Shown here piece by piece: positions 47,126-60,744 of a DNA stretch of 64,000 bases; the stretch's first letter is position 1, and every line of letters starts with the position of its first letter. Source of the stretch: Lytechinus pictus (taxonomy: Eukaryota). The stretch is from positions 12,588,001 to 12,652,000 of the forward strand of contig NC_087263.1 of the NCBI RefSeq assembly GCF_037042905.1, given 5' to 3'. The translations under genes and the position numbers were made by a program. Below the pieces are notes generated by a model. That model worked only from the letters and a program-made list of their open reading frames with translations, made no database searches and had not been told where the DNA came from.

Positions 47126-47854
47126 TACATGTTCACCTTTGCGTGACGATCTGACAGACTCGGGGCCGGTGCATAAATTAATCATTGTCATAAAAAAAGG
47201 TTTTAAAAGTCTATGAATCTATTGATATAGTTTTAATTTCCTAATTTTCGTGTAAAACTATGAGGTTGAAAAGATAACTAAAAATATCTTTGAATTGATA
47301 GAAAACAGTAATTAGATTAGAAGTATACTTTTCTATCGTTTCATGACATCATTATACCTTGAATAACAGAAGATATATCATGGAGAAAAGGTAGTGTTAA
47401 AGCAAAATATACACACATATATTTATATACATATTACAGCTTACTGGAGCCTCGGAAGAACATTTTGGGAGGCAAAATAGATATATAAGGAATTATGTGG
47501 AAGAAATTTATAGACGCTGATGGAACTAATACTAGTACATAAAAAAAACCCATACAATAGATGCACATGATGTAATCAGATTCATGCTGACGAATAAGGG
47601 AATATAATAATCCTGTGCATTCGTAAACTGGCGTCAAACAGCATTTTGGAATGGAAAAAAAAAATCCTGCCCTCTTAGAAAAAAAAAGAAGAAAAAGATG
47701 TCATTGACAAATGAATGTGGTTGGAATGTAAAGCAATAGATGATAGAGAATGTCAAGAGCAATATAAGTTAACATTGATGTACAAAAAGTAGGGGCGAAT
47801 GAACGGTAAAACAAGGTTTCTATTAAGCATAGTAGTGTATAGGTACGAGCATTA

Positions 47855-48680
47855 AAGATCCTCATTTGCATAGGAATTCGACATATTCACGTGCTGTAAA
47901 TTGTAACCTATTCATAAAAAACAGAACCTATGATAATGTCATCTGAGTGCAATTAAGATTTTTTTGCAATACATCTGACAATAAACAATGCCAAAATGGT
48001 TTGATTTCAAATGGGAAGAAATAAAGAGAAAAATGCATAGCAAGCAGACGTGAGGAAACGTATCGGAGACGCAATTATATGAGATCCCTGTCATGCAGGA
48101 ATTTATGTTAAAATAGGGCAAATAGAAATGGACCCTGTACCAAATGAGGAATTTTGACTCTGAAAAGGGCAAGTCGCTTTTGAAATGTAACAGCTGAATA
48201 ATCTCATTCGCATTGGTATAATGTAGAAATGCGCATGTAAACCAATGATGATAGAAATATTTTCCTTTTACATAATAACAGCAGGGGAACAACGTATATA
48301 ACAAGGTCTCCTTCGTGTTGGAATTCATAAGACATGTAAGATGGATCACATTTGCATAGGAATCCGACACATTCACGTGCTGTAATTGTAGCCTATTCGT
48401 CAAAAACTGAATATGTATTATAATGAGGTCGAAAAAAAAGGTATTAAGAATTTTGCAGTGCACTTGAACAACCAAAACATTACAAATGGTTTGATTTGGA
48501 ATATAAGGAGATAAAAAGCAAAATGCATAGACGTGTTTTGTATCGAAGATACAATAATGAGATCCCTATTACACTGGGTTTTCTATTTACCAAATGAGAT
48601 CCAACATTAGCTCTGAAAATGGCAAGGTGAAGTTAAAAATACAATCGTATTTATAAACTCATTTGCATTGACCATAATAT
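47855..48680. repeat. Diverged direct duplication, period ~486 bp
   Basis: GATCCTCATTTGCATAGGAATTCGACATATTCACGTGCTGTAA (47857) versus GATCACATTTGCATAGGAATCCGACACATTCACGTGCTGTAA (48344). Similarity continues for ~330 bp. Confidence 0.8.
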
Positions 48681-51253
48681 TTATAGCGATATTTTTATAG
48701 AAATGTGTTTGTAAGGCAACCTGTTCTAGAAAAAAGAAGAAAAAAAAATCGTAGAAAATACAGTTTTAACTTCATAAAACTTCGAAGGAGAGTATGGAAA
48801 AGATTTCGGTTAATAACAAACAAACAGACAACGGAATTATAAAGGCATCGTGTACAAGATCAGGTCATATGCAATATTATCACGTTGAGCTTCATTTTAA
48901 TGAATTACTTCATTTGCATATGAGAAAATTAATGCAAGACTTACGTAAACTCAGCATTATTTTTTGGAAAAATAAAGAAAATCACGCAGTGTATGTATGT
49001 ATATGCGAGAAGTTACTTTTTCGCAGAATATAAAAAGTGGATGTGTCAAGTGACAATAAAATTTGCTCAATTTCTTTATTCAAGAAAATAAGATATAAGA
49101 TATCCAAACATGTTCACATGGTATACGTTGACAATAACCACAGGCAAAATAATGCCTAGATTTAGAAATTCAAACTTTTTTTGTGTAATCAAAGTATAAA
49201 GAGTGTAGTGTTTGCATGTTTGGTCATTTTATTTTCGAGATACATTTTTTTTTTATATTCGAAGACAGTGAATTGAACTCATTCTTATATGTGTTTTTTT
49301 TTTCGAAAAAGAAAATCTCAAAAATGATATCAAAATCTGTTTGTTTTGTAGAGTCACGATGACTCCAATATAGTAGTAATCATTTCAACGGTGCATCGGT
49401 TTAAATATTACATGTTTTCATGCGCGTGATAATACACTTACTGAAGGATAAAAACAGAGTTTAACAATGCCAAGTTCCCATTTGATCAGACCTTTCAGTA
49501 TCAAGTTCGCATGGTTGGTTCATAATACCTCTGCTATTGACATTGGACTTGGGTTTATTCATATTGAAGTAATGGCACAGAAAAATATATCAATCAATGA
49601 GGTCCCCTGCATGCAGAGGATAAGGTCTTAAATAGACCAACTTTGGTTGTTGCTTTCAATATCATATTCAATATCATTGTAAACGACTTATATGCGCATA
49701 TATGTCGTATCGGTCAAACTCAGACATCGCTGATTCCCCAGGGAGGGGTGGGGGGGAGGGGTGGGCACAAGCACAATATTTTTTTTCTCAATAAACTGCA
49801 AAGGGAGCGAAGTGACCAAGCTTGTCATAGGAGACACTTTAATTTTGCACTTTCTCAAGTTAGATTAAAGGATTTTCGAGGATACTTCAGTGGTTAATTT
49901 TGTGAAATTTTTTCAACTGAAAGATAATTTTTTCTCTCCAAATTTCGGGGGGGGGGGGGGACAACTTCCCCTGCTTAAGGGACCGTTTCATGAAAGTTGT
50001 CTGCACTGAAAAAGGGGTTGTCATTCTCCAACTATTACCATAACAGTCAGACTCCTCGTGATTTTCAGCCAATCAAAACCAAAGGTATAGTTATTAATAT
50101 GTTCAGATCTGACAATTTAAACGACATGCAGATTATGATGAAACGCCCGAAGTTAAGTGAATCAAGGAGAAATTACACCCCCATAAAAAGAGTAGGCCCA
50201 TACTTATCATATGAAAAGAAATTAATAGCTAGGTAATAGTAATGAACTCTAATACCCTTCTATACGTGCCTATCTATTATCAACAAAACGTAAAAAAATA
50301 CATTTAAGCCGTCAAATCCACTAACTCTTATAAGTCTACTATTAATCGCGTAAAATTCCGTTATTGTAATCCTTCTCCGGCATTTTGGTATTTTTATGCT
50401 ATTTTTTACTTTGTATTTTCTTTGTCATATAATACCAGGGACGACCGACCCCTTTGATTTTTTTAAGTAGTAGTGAAAAGAAAGAAGAAAGAATGTGAAG
50501 AAAAAGGGAGGAACTAGGAAGAAGAGTAAAAACAAAAAAAAAACAAAAAAAAGCGGTCTTGGTCATCATTATACACACTAAGAAATATGGATTTTAATTT
50601 GAACCCTATAGGAGTTGATACAACAGCAGCATCCCAAGTGCAATTATGCTCATTTAAGTAATAAATAATAACAATTTTATATACCGCAAATTCGCAAATT
50701 GCCTCTAATTCTACATTAAGGGTGCAGTGAGCTATATTTAGCACCCTGTAGGGAGCAGAAATGAAACATATGTATACAGGAGCAAATTACAACTTTTTAA
50801 ATGTAAAGTATTATGCACTTTAAACGGTTCAAATTTGCACCTATCAGGGTGCAAACAAGAATTTCTTTGTACAAATAATGATAAAAAGGTGCATTTTGCA
50901 ATGGCACTTAGGGGCACTTAAGGTGCAAGATTATACCCCAAAGGTTGGTACAAGTTTTTCATTCAGGGTTCAAAAATTTCTTAGCCTGTATCAATTGAGA
51001 AAAAAAAATATGCCGCCATCTTTTGGTTGCCTTGCCGGCTACATCAAAATATCATGCCCGCGGCAACCCGTCCGTATCATGTAATTTATTATATTCATGC
51101 CATTTCTGCGTTGATTTGTTTTAGCGGTCTACTTTGTTCTGTGACGTCATAAACACTGGCGTGCAAATGGAGGGGGGGGGGGAGCTTGGGGTATGAACGG
51201 TCACCCCCAAAAAAAATTTACGACAAAGAAAGAGACAAAGAAAGACAAGGAAA

Positions 51254-51420
51254 GGAAATGTCAGTTTATCTTAATTGTGATATACGTCGTGTATATGATC
51301 CTAGCTGTACCAGCCACCTCCAAGGCACAAGGTAATTTGCCAAAATTTTATTGTATTTCATTTCATCCAACATCAAGCCGGGCTAAGAAGGAGAAGAAAA
51401 GCTAGAAGAAGAAGAAGAAG
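51254..51420 (+). pseudogene. Inverted partial copy of the receptor signal-peptide exon and adjacent intron
   Basis: GATATACGTCGTGTATATGATCCTAGCTGTACCAGCCACCTCCAAGGCACAAG|GTAATTTGCCAAAATTTTATTG...CAAGCCGGGCTAAGAAGGAG is a close reverse-complement match to ~42340-42501. Confidence 0.85.
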
Positions 51421-51531
51421 GGGAAGAAGGAGAAGAAGAAGAAGAAGAAGAGGAAGAGGAAGAAGGAGAAGAAGAAGAAGAGGAGGAAGAAGAAGAAGAG
51501 GAGGAGGAGGAGGAAGAAGAAGAAAAACAAA

Positions 51532-51563
<32 letters not shown>

Positions 51564-51680
51564 GGAGGAGGAAGAAGAAGAAGAAGAAGAAGAAGAAGAA
51601 GAGGAGGAGGAGGAAGAAGAAGAAAAAAAAACAAAGAAGAAGAAGAGGAGGAGGAGGAAGAAGAAAAACAAAGAAGAAGA

Positions 51681-51712
<32 letters not shown>

Positions 51713-51790
51713 GAGAAAAAGGAGAAGAAAAAGAAGAAGAAGAATGAGGGGGAGGAGGAGGAGGGGGAGAAGGAGGAGGGGGGGGGGGAG
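51385..51790. repeat. (GAA/GAG)n tract
   Basis: Direct inspection. Confidence 0.92.
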
Positions 51791-51949
51791 AAAATTGAAA
51801 ACGGTAAGATGTGATATCATTTTCAGAACGTCATAATCAATCCAAAGAAAAAAAATCATCGTAAAGAAATCAAGTTTATGGACACACTCGCTTCGTTCGC
51901 TCGGGACTGTTACTTTTTTTTTAATCACCGACACCATAGTGTTCACTCG

Positions 51950-52020
<71 letters not shown>

Positions 52021-52266
52021 TTTTTTGGGGGGGGTCATTTCGCCAACGCACTTATAAATTAATCGTGGAATACATTGTGTATGCTAAATGCCATCAACCT
52101 TATATAAGGGAAGAGCGACGGAGGGGGGGGGGGGAATCCCAAGAATTTATAGGCGTTTCGATTAACAGGCGTTTATTTATTTTCTTCACAATTATTGAAA
52201 TACATTCGTTTTGTCCCCGCAAGACTAGTCTGGGTGTCCTAATGATCTGCCAACGAATGATCTGCA

Positions 52267-54287
52267 CAGTGGCGTAACTACGGGGGGCATGGGGGGCACG
52301 TGCCCCCCCCCCAATCGGCTGGCCAAAAAGAAAACGGGGAAAAGGAGAAAAAAGGAGAAAGGAAAAGAAACGTAGTGGAAAAGAAGAAATTATTGTTCAT
52401 TATAATGTTATATTATATTATGATCATGTTATGTTAATGTATATTACATAAAGAAACATTTTTTTCATAACTTTATGAAACATTTGCTCAGGGCCTATGT
52501 CTTCATTGTTCCTGGTGCTCGCATTGTCTGTTTAACTAGATATAATAGATCAAATAATTTTTTTTTGGAATACTATAGTTTTCAAGTATATTTGAGAGAC
52601 GTGACGTTGTCAAATCAAATCAATATTCACCAAATATATTTCCTCGCACTTCGAGCTATTATTATTATTATTATTATATAGTGATATATGCTTCTTTTTC
52701 ATGACTACTGAAAGTGATCGCCCCATTTTAAGGTCTTGATATAAAACATTTCCTGTCCGTGCTTACGTTCGCATTGAAGGATTTGTGAGATATGTCTGCT
52801 CTTCATGAATTCCTAAAATCAGTCCTTAAAATGTCCCTTTTCCTGATCTGAATATTAAAAAAATTTCAGCTCGCGCTTCGCGCTCGCATCATTTGGTTAG
52901 TGAAATACGTATGGTCTTAGCAAATTATGCCCCTCTTCAGGTCTGAATTTCCTATATTTTCAGCTCGCGCTTCGCGCTCGCAATATTTGATTAGTGAGAT
53001 GTGTATGATTATCATGATTACAATGACTACAAAAAGTGCTTTATGTGTATATATGTAATTCTAACCAAATCAGCAAGCGCTTGGCACTCGCATTAGATGA
53101 CTATGGTGTTGTATTCTCCTCATGGATTCCTAAATATAGCCCTTAAAATGTCCCTGTTTGGGGTCAATTTATACAAAAATTTCCATATGGAAAACTAGCG
53201 GACAGAAGGTCCTCGCTGCACGCGCGCACCCTTATAACACGCAGAATTCCCTTGCATTATACCCGTTTTTCACAAACAAATGTGTATCAAGGACAAGCGT
53301 TGATTCAGATAGAATTTCCGCCCCCCTGAAATGAATGGTAACAACTTCTTCTATCAGATGACCATAATTTTTTTTTACATTCAATTGGTGGGAAATATGG
53401 CACTTTATTACATTAAAATCACTAGAAACCATCCATAGTCAGGAATATGTATTGGGATATTGGGTTTGGGGGACATTTTTATAGTACCCGGGTGGATTAT
53501 ATCCGTCGTCACATCGGTGGGTGGTGGTATCATGAATTTCCGCCCAGATTTAATAAAGGGCACATTGTAAGGCAAATACTCATGAAAGAACCATGGAGAT
53601 TTGTTAATAAGGAAATAGGGCACTTTTATCATCAAATCAGATGAGATTTTCTTTGTGATAGTGATGTCCGAAGAGCAAACCTACACTCGTGACGGGTCCA
53701 TTATGTATACGAGGGGTGCATCCTAGCTTACCACTGCATAGCTAAATCTGAAAATTAAGTTTTGCTTATTTCTTTCATTTTATAATGATGTTTAAATGTT
53801 CAAACAACGATAATTCATGAAAATTGACTCAAAATATTGCGAATCAACGCTGAAACATTATTTGTGTATACATTTTATCCCTCTGTAATGCTATTTCCCC
53901 CATAAAGCCGCAATGGAACATTCCGCACCACTAGTCAAACGTCGTCTGCTATGTTTTTACATGTCCGGTACACTGCATACAAGTTTTCGATATGGCTTGC
54001 GCTTCGCGCTCGTATTGTTTATTTAGCGAGACCGGTACGTAACATGATAACAAGAAGTTGCTTATAATGTCGCTTTCTAGGTCTGAATATCAAAAATTTT
54101 CAGCTCGCGCTTCGCACTCCCATTATTTGATCAGTGAGATACATATCCGTTTTATGGCACTGTCGTTAAATTGTCTCTATTATGTCATTGTCAGTATAGC
54201 TGGCAAATGAGCGCGCTTCGCGCGGTCATTTAGTGACTCAAATGTTTGCTGGTGCCCCCCAATGCCGTGACCCACGGTACGCCACTG
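52267..54287. mobile_element. Non-autonomous hAT element with internal GCTCGCGCTTCGCGCTCGC repeats
   Basis: TIR CAGTGGCGTA / TACGCCACTG with a perfect 8-bp TSD GATCTGCA (52259-52266, 54288-54295). Confidence 0.87.
53183..53995. mobile_element. Unclassified TIR element nested in the hAT element
   Basis: Inverted ends CCATATGGAAAACTAG / CAAGTTTTCGATATGG interrupt one host repeat unit (aaaatttc..gcttgcgcttcg). No TSD recognised. Confidence 0.5.
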
Positions 54288-55187
54288 GATCTGCACGACT
54301 CACTATTTTTCACTGGCTGCACTAGATTTTATGTTCTTATTTATTTATTTATTCATTTATTTATTTATTTGTTTATTTATTTGTTTACTTATTAATTGAT
54401 TATTTATTTATTTATTACTATGATTTTTTTGGGGGTATTACCTAATTATGACGTCATATTTTTTATAATTCTTGATAACATTATATAGGGTATTGTTATA
54501 CGGTGGACCAGACCTCTATTTTTTTAGAAGGCCTATATACTTTTTGAAATTCATAATCATTCCTTTCAGTATAATTTTATACTCCTTTTACTCCCCCTCT
54601 GATAGTTTTCCTTTATTAATATGTACTTGAAAAAGGGGAAAATCATAAGGGGTGGTCGCCCTTCTATCTCTCAACAATAGTCCTTATAAGGCTTAGACGA
54701 TGGCTGAAAAAAAAACCCATAAAAGTAGCGTGGAAAAGTGCCAAATTCCCGCCAAATTACCACATTAGTCCGGCCAACGGTGCTGCGTGTGTCATTCAAT
54801 TTCCCGCCCCAAGGAGTAATTCAGGTTATTTGGGTTATATATGCATATAATTATACTATACTAAGTTATATATAAACAACTACAAAGAATATTATCATAT
54901 CACCACTTTTATCATATTTTGTAATGTCTCCGTGTAAAATAGAAAATGAAGAGGCACTATCAAAATTTATCGTCTATGTTGAAATTGATTGGCTAAGAAA
55001 CATAGATGTCTAAATGTTGCTATGCTAACTGCTAGATAAAACAGACTTTGTCGGATAAAATATCTGACGAGTCATTTCATGAGACGATTCCCAGATGATG
55101 CAGATCATAAAGATGAGATGATGTCATAAGAAATAATAAGATGCTTTTACGCACTCGCCATTTACCTCCTCATTACCGTATCTTTTA

Positions 55188-55195
55188 TGACGTCA
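55188..55195. promoter_or_regulatory. Consensus CRE/ATF palindrome just upstream of the JIP1-like first exon
   Basis: TGACGTCA lies ~55 bp before the ATG at 55250. Function is untested. Confidence 0.35.
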
Positions 55196-55249
55196 ATGGG
55201 ATGTATGGCAGGCCGTCGACGTCCGCTGCGAGAGACAACAGCCTGTGAG

Positions 55250-55332
55250 ATGGGAGACCCGGATTTCGCCGATAATGACTGGGAAACTTCACAAAAATGT
55301 TCGGTTTTTCGATCGACAATGGATTCATATAG
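55250..55332 (+). CDS. MAPK8IP1: JIP1/MAPK8IP1-like gene, candidate first coding exon 1a
   Basis: MGDPDFADNDWETSQKCSVFRSTMDSY resembles the recalled Drosophila Aplip1 start MADSEFEEF. The AG|GTTTGT phase-2 donor fits exon 59384. In-frame upstream ATGs exist from 55187. Confidence 0.55.
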
Positions 55333-57821
55333 GTTTGTCCTACATTTTACCTTTTTATTTTGCAAATCATACTGCGTAATGCTGAATGAATATAACAATT
55401 GTATTGAAAATAATTACTGTAGTCCCGCCTGCTTACATCGATGTAGTGTAGTTGAGCGTCAATCATCTTGATTTGCATGCATTTACATGTAGGGCCTATG
55501 GTTAAAAAAAGAATAATAAAAATACACATCTATTTTAAATGTGTTTCGTTATCATAGTTATTTGTTGATTCAGCTAATCTGAGTTCCTGACATTCATCTG
55601 TTATTGGAATGAAAGTATGGCTCTCCCAAAATAAATCATAAAAATTTGGCTGCCTTAATTTAATTATTAAATTTGCAAAAAAGTAATCAATCATCATTCT
55701 CGTTCATTGTTTAACATTTTTTGTCTAGTTAGTGATGTTGACTATTTTTTCAGTTTTAAATCAATCGATAATGATACTATTGATAGCATTTATTGCATTG
55801 AAATTAGACCAAACAATAGTTAATTTCATCTGTAAAAGCAAGAAACTTGACTTATCATTTAATTGGTCTCACTCACACAACATGCGAGGTTAGTATACCG
55901 TACTAACCTCGCACAACACATGTGATTTCATAGTGCATTTTGACGTTTTCATTCATCACACGAATGTGAGGGACTAAACTACGCCAAACCTTTCAATATT
56001 TGTCCGCTATGTTAATCTTGATCGTATGATCAAGTTTATTTGAAAAAGCAATTATAAATTATTTATTAAAGTGTTTTTATCGCTTACCTCCAAATCTCAA
56101 CCAGGATACTTCGCTCGGTCCGTCCTTAGTCATCCTTCGTACTGCGGTGGAAATTACGCAAACAACAATCGAAATGCGAAATTTTCCTATCGAACATTCT
56201 CGATTCAAGTCGTCGGCGCATAATAGGAAATTGTACCAAAAATCAACATAGTTCTCTATTTATTCAAACAATTTTTTCTGGGGTGCACTTGACCTTTAAG
56301 AGATTTTCCAATGAAAATATTACATGGAACTTGGAAATACAAATCATAATTTGGTTGAACAAAATGTTTTCTGTTAAAGTATAAAACAGAAGAGGAACAT
56401 ATCCTTCATGTATTTTTATATCCAAAATATGTTGCCTTAGTATGGAATAATCACAATGACATAAAATGAAAATGGGTAAAGTACCTTTCTAATGATCATT
56501 GAGATTTCGCCTGTGGAATCATTGTTTGATAATTTTCAAAGCTTTAAATAGATGAAAATGTTCATTGAGAAAATATACATATATATGTATGAACAAAATG
56601 ATAATGTCCCGATTGTTTCGCATTACGTGTGTTAGATTGCGGGCGTTTGTGTGTGTGTGTAGGAAGCAAGATGTTCGTGTTAATGTTTGCACAAAAAAGG
56701 AGAGGGAAAGGGAAAGGAAAAGGGAGGGGGAAAGGTAGAGGAGAGAGAGGGAAAAGGAGACCATAAAATAGAAAGAAAACAAAGGAAAGGAAGAGGGGAA
56801 GGGAGAGGGAAAGAAAAATGGAAAGAGCGAGAAAAGAGTAGGGGAGGGAGAAAGGAAAGAAAAGAAGGGAAAGGAAAAGCGAAAAAGGGAAGGGAAAGGG
56901 AGAGAAGAAAAGAAGGGAGAACGAAAATGGGGAAAGGGAGAAGGAGAGGGGATAATGAAGGGGATAGGAAAATGTCAAGTTTGAAGATCTGAATATTAAC
57001 ACTAAAACAGAATTAGACTCCCATGTTTTATTTATAAAAATACCATCTTTTTCATGATTATAAAGGTTCAACGTCCCTGTTCTAGGTCTAAACTTCAACA
57101 TAAATCTACTGGCGCTTCGCGCTTGAATTCTGGAGGTCATTCCTCTTTTAAAAGTATAGGTAATCTGTCGGACTTTTCAAATCCCAAATTTAAATCTTAA
57201 GCGCAAATGCCCTCGCATTATTTTTCATTTAGATACAGTCCTGTCATCAATATCAAAAACTCTAAGCGCGAGCTTCGCGCTGGCATCATTTTTGTAAGCG
57301 ACATTTATGATGTTGTTCATATTTAAAAAATGTCCATTTGTTGAGGTTTAAATGTCCAAAAGTTCAGCGCTCGCATAATTTGTAAGGTAAATAGACCTAC
57401 CCTTTTAATTGTTATACAAAGGCGCTTATACAACGTCCAGAATGCAGTTCGGAATATTGAAAATAACTATTGGTCCCGCTATTTCTGCCCGTGCGACAAG
57501 CATTTATCATTTTGAATCATGAGATTCACCTTTAAAATATGATGAAAAAGTATCGTTAAGACTGAATTAAGAAAAAAAGAAGCTCACGTTTCACGCTCGC
57601 ATTTTAATTGATCCGTTAGCTTGTGATAATAATGGTGACTTCGTTAATATATCTTAGCGGACATGTCCACCTTTTGGTGCTTCAAGAAAAATAAACACAA
57701 CACACAAATAATAATAGAAAACGAACAAGAATAGAATAGATAGTTACCTATCCCACTCATGAATTCTTATTTAACAGTCCCCAAAACGTATTTTTTTCGT
57801 GTTAGCTTATTTCATATACAT

Positions 57822-57860
<39 letters not shown>

Positions 57861-57877
57861 GGCGTAAATAAATCAAG

Positions 57878-57925
<48 letters not shown>

Positions 57926-57979
57926 TTCACACAATATTTAAATAAAAGAGTTGCCAAAGCTGTAGTACATGTATAACTT

Positions 57980-58019
<40 letters not shown>

Positions 58020-58572
58020 TCTCCTCATCATGGTTATAAAAAGTGCTCAGAATGTTTTATTTTCAAGTCCTTGTATCAGAATTTTCAGCTCGGGCAGCTC
58101 TATCGCATTTTGATTACTATCCTGTTGATTTATTTACTTGAACAAAATATTTAAAATGTCCAGCTTTTAGAACAGATATCAAAAAAAGGTATTCACCTTT
58201 GATCATAGATGAGGAAGAAGAAAAAAGTGAGAAAAAAATAGGAAACAAACTAACGAATTAATGTGACATAATTTTTCTTCATTTCAAGGCGACTCTTTAC
58301 ATTTCATCATCGCTGATGGCGCTACAATAGAAAATACCGCTTGACAGCAAAAAAAAAAACAGAAAGAGGAAAATAATGCTGAGCGTCTAAAATGCAGCTA
58401 GCAGTACAAGCTGCAGAACCGTCGTAAACAAACATCTTGTGAATAATATCGCGCGCCCTCTTTAAGCAAAAGTTTACAACCACAATTACCCTGCGGTATC
58501 TACGTGAAGATCACGAGAAAATGCATTTTTTTTCTTAAAAACACACCAAAGAGAAGACAAGAAACGATCCAT

Positions 58573-58580
58573 ATGGTTCG
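58573..58580 (+). CDS. MAPK8IP1: JIP1/MAPK8IP1-like gene, candidate alternative first exon 1b (coding part ATG GTT CG)
   Basis: Strong CG|GTAAGT donor, phase 2, in frame with exon 59384. Preceded by CpG-containing sequence. Confidence 0.45.
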
Positions 58581-58743
58581 GTAAGTGTCATAGCACAATT
58601 AGAAACATTATTTTAAAAGGAATGGCTTAGTTATTTTAGTAAAAAGGGTGTGAAAAATTCGCGTGCACCATGTGCATATGAATCCTTCGCACGCGAGATG
58701 CATTGATCCCATTTTTGGTCTGGCAGATTTAGCGACTTAGCGA

Positions 58744-59144
58744 GGCAGGGTACATGTAGCTCAGTCGGTTAGACTTAGAGCGCATGTTTCAGATAAGATC
58801 GAAGATCTCAATGTGAGGGGTTCGAGTCCCGCTAATGCCGAAACGCGTCTATCAAAAAGTCTGATGCTATAGCGTTGTGTGTTAGCGTGCCTCACCACTA
58901 TATTCAGTGCAGGTGTGAATACAGTTTGGAAAACACTCCGTCCATCGGAAAGAACGCAAATGTTGGTCCCGTGTATAGAAGAGGTACAACCTATGCACGT
59001 TAAAACCAATACACTATTCGTCAAAGAGTAGGCTAGGGTGTTCACCCGGTGTATTGCACCTGCCGGTCCCGCCAAAATCCAGGTCAAGTACCCGATGCGT
59101 TTATGCCCAGGAGGGCCCTGCATCGTATACATCCAGATCCAGAT
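58744..59144 (+). mobile_element. tRNA-derived SINE (Nin-domain-like body)
   Basis: A-box TAGCTCAGTCGG (58757) and B-box GGTTCGAGTCC (58819). Body GGTCCCGTG..GCACGTTAAA..AAAGAGTAGG..CCCGGTGT and an (ATCCAG)n tail. Confidence 0.75.
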
Positions 59145-59383
59145 TTAATACTTTTTAGCGGCTGAATCGATCAACACACAAATTTGGCCATGCTGTAATA
59201 AAGAAAAGTTTATGGCAGAAAAGAGACCTTAACTCTTTAAATAATGACTTAAGGTTTGCACGCGAGTGACGCAACTTACAAGTTAAGTAAATTTCATTTT
59301 ACATTATGACAGATGGTATGGATGTTTTTATAAATATTTTATTATGAATCTCATAATTTTGATTGTGCTCCTTTTCTTTGCAG

Positions 59384-59424
59384 TTACAGACTGACACATG
59401 ATCTTAGTCTGGACAGTTTTCAAA
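59384..59424 (+). CDS. MAPK8IP1: JIP1/MAPK8IP1-like gene, exon 2
   Basis: TTTCTTTGCAG| acceptor and |GTGAGG donor, 41 nt. YRLTHDLSLDSFQ matches vertebrate JIP1 FRLTHDISLEEFE. Confidence 0.7.
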
Positions 59425-60222
59425 GTGAGGATATATTCAGTTACGAGAAATCAGCAAGGTCCCCTACTGGCTCAGTATTCAGTAACGACTCATTCACTTT
59501 ATATAGTAAGTCCATCCCCTTCATACTGTACATGTACTCCAATTTCGCATTTAAAGCATTTAGATATCATCTTACATAAAGTATTATAATAGGATAAAAT
59601 AGAAATTAAGCTTAGAGATATCCCAATCTTTATTAGACTGCATTTTATACAAAGTAAATTGGAGTCATGATAGGATTGGTTATTCCATTTGGTTGGGTCC
59701 ATGTTTTTGACATACCAAAACTATAATCAGGTGTTTCATTTTAATATATACTAGGCAAATATTTTCCAATGATCATTTCAGCAAAAAATGGCGTCCAATA
59801 AGGTTTTCTAAGCAAACATGCTGTATTGCAATTGCGGGAATGACCGATGGAATGATTATCGGGGTTATAATAAATCTGTAAAACTTTTGCGTGTACACTG
59901 TACATGTAGGTATGGCAATTTATTATTTATTATCTTAATTACATAATAAATTTTTAACCAGATACTGGTAATGATAATAATGTTATTATTATTATTTGTA
60001 TTATTATCTTTAGCATTATTATTTTAATTAATAATAATACTATTATTGTTATTATTATTATTGTTGTTGTTGTTTTTGTTGTTGCTGTTGTGGTTGTTCT
60101 TCATCATCATCATCACCATCATCGTCATCATCATCATCATCATCATCACCACCACGATCATCATCCTCATCATCATCATCATTGCTCAATATTGTTATTA
60201 CCTGTTGTATTATCTGTTGTAG

Positions 60223-60506
60223 ATACACCAAGGCGGATAGGTTCGACGTCCAGCTCCAAAGATGGCTCCCAAACGGAGAAGGTCCGGGAGGACATGATCG
60301 AGCTGGAGCTCTCCGAGGGAAGGAGACCGTACCATCCTGACGACGACCCGGGAGACGAGGCAAAAAAACTCCTCACTATACTGGACGATGAGAGGAAGGG
60401 GAGGACGAATGAGAAGGAGACGGGAGAGAGTAGAGATAGGGAGAAAGGAAGGGGATCACCCAGTAAGACGAAGGAAAGTTCTCGGAGAAGGAGGGCAAGT
60501 TCCAAG
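60223..60506 (+). CDS. MAPK8IP1: JIP1/MAPK8IP1-like gene, exon 3 (charged, disordered)
   Basis: TTGTAG| acceptor and AAG|GTATGA donor, 284 nt, phase 1->0. Open frame TPRRIGSTSSSK...RRRRASSK. Confidence 0.7.
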
Positions 60507-60744
60507 GTATGAAACTCATAATTGATGATGATATTTTCTATTTCTTTTAATAACTTGTAAACCTTTCTTTTTCAAATACACTTGTGATATAGGCCTACAG
60601 TTAAACCTGTTGATAGTTGATGATAGTGGCTGCTATTTGATCAAATGTAAAGTATGATGATTAGTAATCTGCTTTTATGAAGCTCTCGATAAATTTAAAC
60701 ATTTTTACTAAGTGTTTTATAGTTACATGTTATTATTCTACTTA

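Noticed and set aside
51383..52277. Leu/Ser/Phe-rich and (YI)n ORFs
   Set aside because: Simple-repeat translations of (GAA)n and (TA)n.
53232..53644. Protein-like short ORFs inside the nested TIR element
   Set aside because: Possibly a decayed transposase, but I recognise no motif and the frames are interrupted.
56519..57140. Hydrophobic 192-aa and Lys/Glu/Gly-rich ORFs
   Set aside because: They derive from a purine-rich low-complexity tract.
58744..58835. tRNA gene (also at 62436-62510 and 63280-63350)
   Set aside because: A and B boxes are present, but there is no complete cloverleaf and each continues into a SINE body or tail.
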